From: Aplysia californica
Lineage: Eukaryota
Assembly (NCBI RefSeq): GCF_000002075.1
Contig: NW_004797368.1
Location: 1,017,240-1,081,239, forward strand
Direction of reading: 5' to 3'
DNA: 64,000 nt
Part shown: piece by piece, positions 36,101 to 49,600 of the stretch
Numbering within the stretch: position 1 is the first letter of the stretch
Layout of the letters: the number at the start of each line of letters is the position of its first letter
Translations under genes and position numbers: made by a program
The notes under the pieces: generated by a model
What the model was told of the DNA's origin: nothing
The model's input: only the letters and a program-made list of their open reading frames with translations
Databases searched by the model: none

Positions 36101-39100
36101 CTCAAAACTAGAATTTTTTAAAGTCCGATAACCAAAAGTGGTCCCCAAGCAGCAAAACTTTTGGTTTTCCAGAAGACTGCTTTGAATCAAATGGAATAAC
36201 AAATGAAAGTATCCTGGAAGAACTTGATTCACAGCAAAGTATGTTTTATGAGATCAGCAAAAGGAGACTCATGTACCTTGGTCATGCTAACAAATGTAAA
36301 AACAGATCTGATCACATCTGTACTGGCAGGGCAAAGTAGAGGCAATGAGAAATAAGGGAATGCCCCGTACTCTGAACATTTTAAACACATAATCCGTCAG
36401 TGGTCTTCAACTTTTTGAAGTAATTCATCAAAGCAGAGATTGGGAAAGATGGAAACTTGTTGTTGCAAAGGGTGGGTCGCCTACGGACGAACTCAATCAT
36501 GATGACAGGTGACCTAAGACAGACATCTAAGCATAGATACCACCACTTTTTATATCCAATTTATTATAATTAGGCGTTAGTCAAAAGTGTGGGTGGTTGA
36601 AGGATGCCCCTGGTAGATCCCACTTCTTTACTTTTCCTCTGTTGTTTCTGTCTGTCTGTGTGTCTTACTTTTTCCTTGCACTAATTAACCATTATTGTGT
36701 CGATATGCTTCTCTTTAATCAAACAAACAAACAACACATAAACTGAACTAAAAGCCAAAGCCCGGTCTCCTACAGTGAACTGTTGTGTGTGTTTCAGAGG
36801 ATGGAGCAGATGTTGAATGGTTTCCAGGGCGATTTGAGCAGCATCAGCACAGAGATACAATCTCTGCAGGACCAGTCTATCGCAATGAACATCAAGCTCA
36901 AAAACCGACAGGTGAGAGGAGCATGTCCCCTGTACGCAGGCGTGTGTGTGGGGTGTGTATGGGTGTGAGTGTGGGAGTTGAATCTGTAACCACAAAACAG
37001 AATGTGATTCAAGTAAGATAAAATGTATGACCAGGTCCATTTAATGTGTATTTAGGTATGTTGGACATGTGTCTGGCTGGGTTTACTATGTCAAGCTGAA
37101 TGAAATGGGTGTTATGTGTGTCTTGGTATGTATGATGTGTATTCAGCTTTGCAGAATGTGTGTCAAGGTAGATGCATTGTGTGTCATGCAAGATACAGTG
37201 TGTGTTTATTGTGTAATTTCTTATGTAAAATGTATACTTAGTGAGGCTGAATGCATTTACTACCGAGAACAATGTGTTCACAGCTGTGACTGTCCAGCTA
37301 GGCAGAATGTGTATCCAACTGAGTAAAATATGTGTCTGGATTGATAGGACACGTATCGATATGGGAATAACATATGCCATGAAACGCAGACTATGCTTGC
37401 TGTTGTGTTTGTGTATGGATTGAAGGATGTTTGTCTACCTGTGTATGTCCTAGTCCTCACATGAGGAGAAGAGGCTGTTTCTGGAGGTGGCCTCAGTGAC
37501 ACCAAAGGCTGGTCTGGTTTATTGTCTAGCTGTTTTATTATGCCCCTTCGACGTAAGGTGGGGGTGGTTGAAGGGTGTCACTGCAAGAGCCAGTTTCTTT
37601 ACTGTCCGATAATTTTTTTTGTCAACCTTTCTTGCTCCTTTCCAGCACATAATGACCATCTGTATGTCGGTGTGCTCCTTTTTACTCAAACATATCAATT
37701 TTCATTATGCTCAATCGCTATTTTGTATCCTCTGGGAAAGTAGCAAAAGTGATAGATACAAAGGGAAAAGGGACTGTATTTGTAGGGGTCAAAGAGAAAT
37801 GTAAGACTCCTATAGCTAGATTGGAAATAGAAAAACATCCTGAGATTTTAGGGGAAAGTCCAGTTATGATGAAAATGTGTATAACATATACATACATGTC
37901 ATCCTCTATGTTCCAGGCCATCAGAGGAGAGTTGAGCCAGTATGTGGATGAGATGGTCATCCCAGAGTCTATGATCACGTGAGTTGCTTTCTCTCTTATT
38001 TAGTGGGGAAAGTAATCTTCAAAGGGCGTAGATTATCTTTTTAATTTCCTTTAAAATATCAACCTTGCTAACTTTAAACTGAAGCTAAGCCCAACTGTTT
38101 TAGAGTTAAAGCAGGAGGCCAGCCTATGGTTGGTGGGGACAATAGTCTGGTTGTTATTTATGCTTCTTTCTAGCCTTGTTCTTGTCCTAAACTGTTTCGG
38201 AATGTGTGACTACTAGGGTGTAGGATACAGCTCCCCTCACTCTACATGCAGTCAGCCATTGGTCAAAAGACTATGAAAACAGTCCCGTTGCCCCCACCCA
38301 CCCATCCCCCTTGTCTGACCAGCACCCACTTCTGCTCAAGAATAAGCACTGAGTGAATTCCCTCAGTATAATGAGACAGCGAGTACATTAGTTTGTCCTT
38401 GTCTGACTGCTGTCTTGGCCCGCCTCCCTCCCAGGTCCATCCTAGAGAGCCCAGTGACCGAGGATGACTTCAAGGAACAGCTGCACGAGCTCAACCACAA
38501 GATTAACTTTGTCAAGGAGCAGTCCTTCCGGGACGCCCGCGCCTGCCTCGATGTCAAGGACATTCTAGAAAAACTCAAGATTAAGGTTCGACATTTTAGA
38601 GGGGGGAATAAAAAATACTCTTCATAGGGTGGGGCTGATTGTGAATATCCTTTGAAATTCCAAGGATCCTTTACATTCTGTTCCCGGCTATAGAAAGCGA
38701 AAGATTTTGTCACTATGTTTGTGTTTGAACCCCAGTAAATTGGCTGCTTGCATTGTATGCTTCCCAGGAAGTTAGAATTGCTATCAGGTCTGCTGGGATA
38801 ATAATGTAATATTTAAAGCACATAGAACTTGCTGTTGAGCGGGAATTTGCATTATACAATTTTTATATACAATTACAATTTATCATTGTTATAAATCTTT
38901 TTAAGACAGTTGATGATGTCCTGTGTGGGGACATGATGACAGTTAGTTTGTTAACGCCCGGGAATTTCCAGATAGCGTTCAGGAATTTCCAGATGTCTTA
39001 CCGTGTCTGGATGGTCCTCCTAATTGTGATAGCAGAGACTGGGGATCTTTAGAAAACCTTCTAAATAGGAGTATTAGAAAATTAGACAGCAGAGCAGAGA

Positions 39101-42100
39101 CAGAGCCACTGACCCCACTATTGTGCAGGTAGAAAAGTGAATGTGGTTTGGGATGTCAGCCTGTGGTAACTTTATTCTTTTCCTAAGGTCCCAATGTCTA
39201 TGGTGTATTGTATACAGAAGATATGAGTTTGATTCCCACATGGGAACGTTTTTGTTATCGAGAATCTCCATTATTCTGCTTGGATGCTGTATCCCACTCG
39301 GGGCAAAACAAATTTCATCTTAAGCACATAGTCTGTGATTAGCCCATCTCCTGTTTTTTTCCTAATTTTTGTTTCATCATTGGTCCTCTTGCAGGCCATT
39401 GGAAAAATTAGGGAATTTTTGCTGCAAAAGATTTACGCCTTCCGCAAACCCATGACCAACTACCAAATACCTCAGAATACACTGCTCAAGTTCAGGTAAG
39501 AATTGCTCTTTTCCTCAAGGTTTTTGCACTCAAGAATTGTAGACAAGTGCCCTACTTAGAGCAGTTGATATCTGGTTCTAGGTTTTACTTTGTCTACAGC
39601 CGCTTAATGACTTTTTGTCTAACAAAACTAATTTGAACTTGCATGGAATATTCTGACCAGAAAAATCACACCAGCAGGGACTCGAAACTGCACCATATTC
39701 TCTCTTTTGGTATGCGTACCTTCTTGATACCAGAGAAATGATTCTCTGAGCTAAAAAAAAGAGTAAGGTGCAAAATGTATGATAGTCGGGACAATTTCTA
39801 TTACGTGTTTGTACCCCTAACCTCATAGACTGTCATCTGAGCTTTTGGAATGTTAACTATACAGCTGTATGATCTGTACATGACCCTCAAAGACAAGATG
39901 CGTTCTTTTCATTTTCTTTGTGTTGTTGATTTAGAATCTTGAAAAAAAATGGATTTTTTAAAGTTATCTCTTTAAAGAAATTTTGTTTAGCACGACAGTT
40001 ATTTTTCTGTTTTATCCCACAAACTTGTAGTGAATTCCTGATGGTTTTTGTCATAAAATCTTCAATGAATTCCTGATATTTTTGTCTCAGAATCTACAAT
40101 GAGTTCCTGATGTTTTTTGTCTTAGAATCTTCAACATTTACTTGATGCTTTTGTCTCAGAATCTTCAATGAATTCATGATGTTTTTTCTTAGAATCTTCA
40201 ACATTTTTACTTGATGTTTTTATCTTAGAATCTTCAATGAGTTCCTTTTTATTTTGTCTCAGAGTCTTCAACAAATTCCTGATGTTTTTGTCTCAGAATC
40301 TTCAATGAGTTCCTTTTTATTTTGTCTCAGAATCTTCAACAAATTCCTGATGTTTTTGTCTCAGAATCTTCAACAAATTCCTGATGTTTTTGTCTCAGAA
40401 TCTTCAATGAGTTCCTGATGGCCAACGAGCGCCATGTGGCCAAGGAGGTGCGGGATGAGTACGTTGAGACCATGAGCAAGATCTACTACTCCTACTTCAA
40501 GGGCTATTCCAGCAGGCTCACCAAGCTACAGGTAGGTCACAGCTCACAGAGTCTCTTTTAGTTCTTTCACTTCTTGGGTTAGTTTAGTTTGGCTTGAGTG
40601 AAGAGCAGCACACCGACACAATAATGAAGCAAGACTGAAGGCAAGAGAGTAAGGGGAGACCTAGCAGAAGTTGTGAACAAGATATAGAAGCATTGTTTGG
40701 AGCTGAAACGATTGAGGCTGGCAGAGTGACAAGAGACAATGTTGTTTTATTGCTGAAAGGTTTGAGAAACAACATCCAACTACTGAAAAAGCCAAAAAGA
40801 AGAAGTGGTAGAAAAGGGAAAGACTAGTAGTGAAGAGCACGAGAGGGGGGAGGGTTGAGAAGTAATGCATGTCGGTGGCACTGTCGGACCGCCTGCTCAT
40901 CTCTCAAAATTCTCGGAAGTTAAAAAATGACAAGGTATAAGAAGCTACCTATGTTCTGAGCATTTATAAGGGGTTTTGTAATTAGACTCGGTCAGCCATG
41001 TCTCTGAAATTATTATGTAAAACTGTGTCTTGCCACGTTCCTTCGTGTACGATGAAGAGAAGTGTCTGGGGTCTGCTTATTTCACAGATCTTTTTGTGAT
41101 GAACTTGATAAGTCTACTCTCTGTCAGTTAAATGTTGAAGCGATATTTCTCGTTTTTTTACGAGCTGGTTTTACTGCTTCATTTTGTAATGTGATAAGAT
41201 AACTAAACTCAATTTTGCAAGCTCTTGACCTTCTCTTCAAGCGATCTTAATTGTGGCGATTGGGGTGCTAAACATTTGCATTCATTTTCCTTTTACTAGC
41301 TATCTAGTAACAAAGAGTAAAGCGTCAAACACCAGTCTTGTACTAGTCTGTTACCATCAGGCACTGGCAGTCAGTACACAGAGGGCTCAAGTGGGCCTTG
41401 GTTCTAAATACAGTGGAACTTGTCCAAGACAACCACGCATTATCGAGGAGAAGAGTGGTCATCTTTGACCGGTGGTCCTCTTGAACAGTGTCATTATAAT
41501 GCACAAAAAGATGCAAAGTGGCTAGTGGGAAGTGGTTGTTTGTACAAGTGATTGTGTTGGATAGGGGGTTGTTGGAGTCGCTTCTACTGTACTGTGAAAT
41601 TTTATTATCATGGTGGGATCAAATAACTTGATGACTTCCGCTTTTTTTTTTTTTCAACATATATTGAGAAAAAGACATTTGTCTAGTGCTTTTAAGATAT
41701 AACTTTATTGACTTTTTAGTTGTGGGCTGACCTTGTTCATCAGTTTGATGAACCATTGTTTTTTGAGATTTTTGGTGTTGTTTTTTTTCACCATCACTCT
41801 TTCAGTTTCCGTGTGTTTGGAGATCATTTTGTTAGTGTTTTTCAAGGGGAGGAGGTGGATGAGAAAAGTCCATTATATGATTCGAACAACATTATGATCA
41901 TTTGTGGTTGAATATTCCTAGCTAATAATAGCGACTTTTCTGAACTTTCACAGTCTTTCTGTTCAGTTTAGCATCTATGTGCGGAATTTTATACATAACT
42001 AAACTATTCTGCTGTGGATGTTTTGTCATCCTGTCTTCACAGATGTGTCTCACCATGCCTTTTGATTTATAGGGAATCTATTTTCTTTTTGATTAATGTT

Positions 42101-45100
42101 CTGCAGATATTTTCTCAAGACTGTTTGCATTTATCGTTATCACTCTCTCTCTCTCTTTTTGTCTGTGCTTTTAACCAACTTACTTTCATTCATAGATTGT
42201 GAGTATATTTTACACATTTTTGTGAAATTGTTGTGAGCCATTGTTTTTCTTTTGTTTCTTTGTGCAGACATTCATTTCTCCCTTTTTTTTTATGTAGTAG
42301 ATTTTATATATGCACTTTCTGTTTTCAGAGATATGTTCACCATTGTCTTAGGTTGTATTACTAATGGGTTAGTTGTATGTTGTGGAGATATATTTCACCA
42401 TTACCATTACCATTCATCATATCACTGACTGCTTTAATGTGTGTCTTTGAAACAGTTTCTCAGGTGTTCACCATTGTCTTTCATTGCGTCACTGATCTGT
42501 TACATATATGGTGTCTAGATAAATTTGCCATTATCCTTCATATTATATCACTAACTTTTAAGATGTATTTTGTCTAGATAAGTGGTCCATTATCCTTCTT
42601 AATGTCACTGACTGGTTAGAAGTAAGTTGTCTAGATAAATCCTCCAGGTTTCATTTTTGTTCTGTTTAGTATTATTGAAAAGCTTCAGACTGTTAAGATT
42701 TTTTTTTTACTTTACTTTCTTTCATCATCCACACCACATTTTTCTTATTTCTTTACTTACGGAAAAACACAGATTTTGACAGGCGGCTGCCTTATTTGTC
42801 TCTATACATTTCTTTCTTAACCGTAGCCGTGTGATAAGTGTCGTGGCTTTGTTGTTGTGTTAAGTATACTGGAAGTTGTGCAAGGAACGAGGTAGACCAT
42901 GAACTGGTATCTCTTTAAATCTTTAAATAACATTTTTTCATCTTTTGGGGGGGGGGGGGGGGGGGGGCTGGTGTAATCTAGCTCACAAAATTCAGCTTGC
43001 ACTGTGGAAATAATATAGAGGCGAACAAGATTTGGAAATGTCTGATGAATGCCAACTGTAGATGCAGAAATCCGAGAATCTGCGGCCCTGTGTCAATATG
43101 TGTCGTGACATTGTGGAATCAGGCGCTGGTCAATTTTGGGGACATTTGGAATTACTGATATCATTGTGAAGCTTGTTCATTTGTTTTCCTTTTTATAAAA
43201 AAAATATACCCATCTATCTCAAATACAAGTCAAAGTATTTGCAATTGATTGGGGGGGGGGGGGGGGAATGGGTGTGTCTGGTGTCAGATAAAAACAGCAA
43301 GAAAATGGCTGCCTAAGTTTGGTGACTTCGAAAGCTTTGCGTCTCCTTGGAAACTGCAAGTTTATATTTTTTGTGCCTATGATTATTATTCAGTAAAATC
43401 CCCACAGAAATGTGTTTTTAAGTAGACATAAAAAGTGATGATCAAACAATGAAAAAAAAGATTAAAATTGTGCAACGGGTGGAAAAATGCTAGTTTCTTC
43501 GATTTCATTATCTTGAAGAGCACCTGATTAAACCACAATGCCACACATATGATAATAATAGATTGAATTTTCATCAGTTATGTGTTCTGGAAACTAGGCT
43601 CTATGAGCTGAACTATTTTATTATAAAAGTTTTCTGTGTTCTCTGTTGTTGCTTTATTTAGAGTCATAAAATTCTGAGCTCAAACAATGTTCCTCTGGTT
43701 AAAGTCTTGTATGTAAATGCTTAGATGTCACAGTATGTGTAACTTGACAACGTCGTTGTAGGCCTACTGTCTTGTTTATTTGTGTATGGTTTCTTATCTT
43801 GTGTGTACAGCTGCTTCGTGGGTGGTTGGTGGGTGCCCTAGTGTGATCTGCTCCTTCTTTCCTATCAAACATCTATCATCCTTATCTCTCCTCCTTTTTT
43901 GTGTTTGTTACTCTCTTGTAACATCTCTAATCTTCGGCACTTTTATGACCTTATTGTATTGCAAGTCCCGTAATATACACTTACTTGAATTAAAACAAAT
44001 ACTTGCTTCTTATTGTGTTGTTACTGCTACTGGCGGTTTTTGCATGTACAGAAAAGAATTCTTCAGTGAGGCTTTGCAGGCTTGAGTACTCTCCTGGTGA
44101 CCAGTCAGAAAATTTCCTGGGCTTTTCCTTGTGGCATGATATCTTTGGGTTTGTGGGCTCTTTGAAACACAAATAAAGCTGGGATGTAGAGATGATCTGT
44201 ATAGAACGGGACTTAACCTGTCACTTAACACGCTTGCGTTTTAACAAGTTCTCTTTGGAAAAATTCAGATGTGTGTGTGTGTGTGCATGTGTAGTTAGTT
44301 TGTTGTTTTGTTATTGTTTTTTTCTTGGATGTGAATCTTGGATCTTATGTTGGAAAAGATAAAGCCCAAACCTAACATTGCTCACACTGACATCTTTGCA
44401 TTTCTCATTCTCACTGGACAGTTGAAGCAGGAAGTCAATTCATTCTCCCATCAGTGACTTTTTTGTTACCCAAAGGAAGGGTTGTCATTCTCCCAGGAGT
44501 GACCTTTCCATCCCAGGGAATGGATGTCGGTGACTTTTCCATCCCATCCTAGGGAAAAGATGTCATTCTGATAGTGACTTTTTTTTTTATTAAGCCAGGG
44601 AATGGGAGGGGGGAGTGGGCTACTTTTCTATAACAGGGAGGGTATTATTTGCTGGGCTATAGCGTTGACTGTTGTTGTTACTGACGTATAAACTTGCAGA
44701 TTCCTTGTGAAGAGACCCCGGAAAACTTGTCCACCGTGTTACGTACCATCATTCGACCTCGATTCTTTTCTAAAATGGTAACAGCAGGATGGGATTCTTT
44801 TGTTTTGGGTTGTTTCTTCCTTTGCTATATCCGGGTTTTTCTGTTTGCCTAAGGCAGTTCTTCAGCTTTTGACTGAATGCGGTATTTCACATATTGGGAG
44901 GTTCATGCTTGCCTGTAACTGTAAATGTGGGTTCACTATGGGTTTTGAGAAATATATATTTTTGTTACATGAGGGTATTTCTTTGAAAACTGCAGTCTTT
45001 GTAGAGACATGATTTTACTGTCTGAGTCATATCCTTAGCAACACTCTTCACTGCTTCCCTATATTGGTTCAGATTAATGTCAAGAAAGCACTTACTGTGG

Positions 45101-46252
45101 CCTCTGTTCTAAACAAACTCTTGCTTATTGCACATACTGCTTTGTTCTTCTCAGTAAAAGTTTCACATGCTCATCTCTGCTAACAATGAGTGGATAGGAG
45201 GGCATCACTGATTTGTCCTACTTCTTTACCTTTCCACCTGCTGTTTCTGTGTGATTGCCCTGCTTTGTATCTCCAATCAATAGCCATTATTGTATAGAAG
45301 TACATGTAAAAGTCTCACATGTTCATCTCTGCTAACAATGAGTGGGTTGGAGGGCATCACTGATAGATACTACTTCTTTACCTTCCCCCCTGTCGTTTCT
45401 GTATGGCTGACCTGCTTTTTACCTACAATCAGTACCTGTTATTGTGTCGATGTGTATCTCTTTCCTCAAGCGAAACTAGTCTATCAGAACTCTGTTCATT
45501 TTTCCTTGTTTAATGAACTGGGAGAGTGGTTTGTGAAGATGAATGCATACATATTGAGGTATCAAATTCTTCTTTTATGGATTAATTATCATCAATTGTA
45601 TTTGATCTCTGTTCAAGATGTAAAAAAAAAGAAAAGAGGTAATATACAAAATTTAGAGAGTAAGCTTTGTTTCTCTGTTGAGACCTACGGAATCACATTT
45701 TTATGTCAGTAGAGTTCAGGAAGGTCAGGTTTGTTCTTTTTTTGTTTTTTGAATCATGAAAATCGGCATACGAAAAACTAACTAGTATTCAGTAGGCCCA
45801 GGGGCCCCCCTTCCAGTGCAGGATTGCCACTTGTACTTCTTGTGAGGAAATGTTAGAGAATAGCTATGGATGAATTTGTCTCAGAATTCTTATCGATGCA
45901 ACATGACGGCCTTTCTCTCTGCTCTTTACTGGTTGAGGTGCTTGTGCATGGCTGGCTTCTCTCGTCTTTGTCTTCATCCTCCTCCCACTTCTCCTCCTTC
46001 CTCCTTCTTCTGGCTTTGTTTTGCTTGTCCTGCATACGTCTGCCTTGTTTTTATCCCATTCCCTCCTGTGATTCTTGCTCAAAACGCATGCCGTCTTGTC
46101 TTGCATGGCAGAAAGTTGTTTTGTCTGGTGTTGGGTTTACTCTGTCGGGTCGACTGTCGTCAGAGATGAGAAAAGCAAAGCGGACAGTGTGAAGGGTCAG
46201 GAAAGAAGCGTCACTGGTCAGATGGTTGGAATTGGGTTTCTGTTGTTCATGG

Positions 46253-46318
<66 letters not shown>

Positions 46319-46586
46319 AGGAGTGTAGTGTAGTGGGGGAATGGAGAAGGGCTTTGTTTGTATAAGGGATCCGTGGGGGTCATGCAGCATGTAGAGGGAT
46401 GACTGGAACAAATGGTTTGATTTTTCAAGTTTAAAAAAAATATTTTTTTGTTAAACCCAAGGATCATTTTCCCAGAATTTTGAGACTTTAGAGTTCTCTT
46501 GTTCATTATTCGCGTCTTGTCTGTCTGTGTGTGTGATGTCCAAAAATGACTTCAGAGCACTCTTGTTTGTGTCTTGTCTTTCTATT

Positions 46587-46620
<34 letters not shown>

Positions 46621-49600
46621 TGTGTGTGTGTCAGGAAAAGACCTCTCAACCGTATGAGACTTAAAGAAAATGCCCTCTCCATTCGTGTGATGTCATCAAG
46701 CATTTTTACAATAACTTACAGTGCAGTGCATTGTCCAATTTGTTCTAGAAACCCCTGCTTCTTAAAAGTTTTGCTCCTAAGGAATTTTTTTGTTTTTGTT
46801 TTGTGATTACCTTCTTCGTTATCAACAATTTTTTTTAATTCTTTGTCATCAGAGACAGTTAGCAAAACTGGTAAAGTTTTTCCCTTTCTCCTTTTCATTC
46901 TCTCTCTCTCTCTCATCTTTTGTTATGCTGTATTATATGAAACATTTTTGTTTTGCTCTGCGGACAAGGGAGATGGGTGCTTAGTCTAGCATCCGAGCTG
47001 TGTCGACTGTCAGTCTAGTGTGTCACTGGTCACCTGGAGACTCCCTTCTTTCCCTCCTCCCCCTTATCTTACAAGACACCTCCTCTTCCTCCCCAACCTT
47101 CTTTTGCTCTTTCTCCTTTTCTACTTTCTTTTCCACTACCTTCCACCTCTTCATTTGCCCCTCCTCCTCTTCAACCATTTCCATCTGTGCTACTAGCTCA
47201 ACTTCTTCCTCCTCTACATCACCTCTTTGCCGTCCTCATCTTCCTCCTCCTCCTTCTCCACTACCTTATCTCCCTACTTCTCCTCTTCCTCCTCCTCGTC
47301 ATTCTCCTCCTTTTCCTCTCCTCCTCCTCTTCTTCACCCTTTTCCTTCTCCTTCTCTCATTCCCCCTTCCTTCCCCCTTAGTCCATACAGATCTGTGGTC
47401 CCGGAATGCTGCATTGTGGTGGTCTGGTTGTGTGTCCACCCCTTGGTTTGGAAGGTGCACAATGTAATTTTTGTTTCTTTCCCACTGCTGGGGAAGCCTG
47501 GCTCTCAATTGGTGGAAGGTTTTTTTAAAAACTTTTTTTTTCTTGTCTCTGGTGCATGGTTTTATTGTTTAAAATTATTGGTCAGTTTGTTTTCTAAATA
47601 AATACTCTACGACATTTTATTTACGACTTATCTTTACCTAGTTTGAGCCACTCAGTGTAGTGAATGTATGTATGTAAAGGTATAAGCTGTCAGTACCATC
47701 TTCCTCTGACTATGCGATGCATGTAAAAGATAAGTGGTCGACTAGAGGTGTGATGCTGTCATAGTCATTGTGAAATCTTACATAGAGTCTAACACACACC
47801 ATATAGCGAAATCAGCAGGTCACAGAAATCTTTTCATTGTGTACGAATTTTGCTATGTTTATGTTTTGAATACATGTGTGTATATATATATATATATATA
47901 TAAGAATGGCATAAAAGAAAAACGGGACCTGAAAATCGGTTCGTTTTGTGCGTGTTTGACAGTAACTTTGTTTGAGTGATGAAATACATAGGTTATTACG
48001 TGCGGGGCTTGATTGATTACAACATTAAGTGCTGGGAAACCAAGCAAGATAAACTATAGAGATACCTTGTTCTGAGGAAGTTAGACCTATTGTGTTACCC
48101 TCTAACCACTGACCCTGAAATAGATTAAGGTCATCGAAAAATTATTTGAATTTAACATTTGACTTTTAACAAAACTTTAGGAAATGTGCGGAATGGTGTA
48201 AATAGAGATAAAGGTTTGTGTGTGTCTAATCACTCTTTCTACCCTGTCTTTTAAGGGAAGGGGAGCAGTTGTGTACTGGTATCTGTGGTTTAGTGGCTAG
48301 GCACTTTGCTGTTGCATGTGGGAGACCTGAGCTTGATTCCCCAAGTGGGGAGAAAATTTTTTTCGAGCATCTCAGTCTTTCTGCCAAGATGTTGTATGCC
48401 TCTCAGCCATGGCTGGCCCTAACAGACAGAGTCAGAAGCTTTACTTCTAAATGATGTAAATTGTCTTGATTTGGGTGTAAAAATACACCTGCATTAAAGA
48501 AAAAAATGAAAGCGGTTGTATCTGTGTTGTCCAGTACATGTTCAGTTCCACTGACTGGTAGGTCATACTTTTTCTTTCCCGAATTTCTGCTTTGTTTTTG
48601 TCTGTCTATCTTTCTCCCAGCACTAAGTGACTATTTTTGTCAGTGTGCATTTCTTTACTTAAAAACTATTTAAAAAAAGAGTAATTGGGTCAGGGAACTG
48701 GAAGTAGGAAGAGATTGGTTATTAAGTAGTCTTTTTTTCTCATGAAGGTTCTTTGTTTAAAACTTGTTGCTATGGCTCTGGTTACTCATTGAACTATTTC
48801 TTCTCGTTGTGTCTGTTGGCTTATGTGTGGTTGATCATGTGGGCGATGGGTCGGGTGGTGTGTGGTGATAGTGACGTGGTGTGTGGAGTGATGGTGCTGA
48901 GTGATGTGGACAAGTGTGACAACCACTGAGAGATGTGGTAATGCACAAGATATTGTCAAACTAACATTGAGTCACTTACTCTCTTCTCTGCTAACCATTG
49001 TCGCATGGCGGGTCCTCAAGGGTTGTTATGTTGCTAGGCTGAACTGTCTCTTGTTCAAGGAGGGTCTATAGAGGTCACCCATCCAAGAGTCTCCTGTGTT
49101 GCTTGACTTTTTTTAGAAAGTTGTTCTCAGACTCAAGACCTCACTTTTTTTTTTTCTTCATCATCAAACATTTTAGAAAAATTAAATGAGCCATGCTTCT
49201 TTTCTGTTTCAGTTTGAGGAGGCGGCGACCAGAGATGACCTCATGGGGGTGGAGGACACAGCAAAGAAAGATATCCTTGACTTTGTGGTCTGTGGGATGT
49301 CCGTGTATTGAGTCTCTGTGTTACTGTCGCTGTGTGTTTTGGCCATGTGCTGAGTCAGCTGTTGTGTCCTGCTTAGTTTGTGTTTGTTTTTGTTTGAAGT
49401 CCATATGTCTGTATATTTGCCTCAAATGTGATCAAAGCCAAATACTTTCTATTCATGTCGCTCTTCACTTACGGACCAGCCGTTTAAATGAACACAGACA
49501 AGTGCTTTGGTGTGATGTGCGCCTTCTTTCTTATCCAACATCTATCATCCTTATCTCCCATCCTTCTTTTTTTATATTTGTCACTCTTTTGTAACACCTC

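Noticed and set aside
40030-40420. 34-bp repeats as a CRISPR array
   Set aside because: Units are contiguous with no unique spacers, derive from the VPS52 intron-exon junction, and the DNA is eukaryotic with no cas genes.
45853-47601. Several 80-155 aa ORFs rich in S, P, F or CV
   Set aside because: Translations of (GT)n and CT-rich low-complexity intronic DNA.
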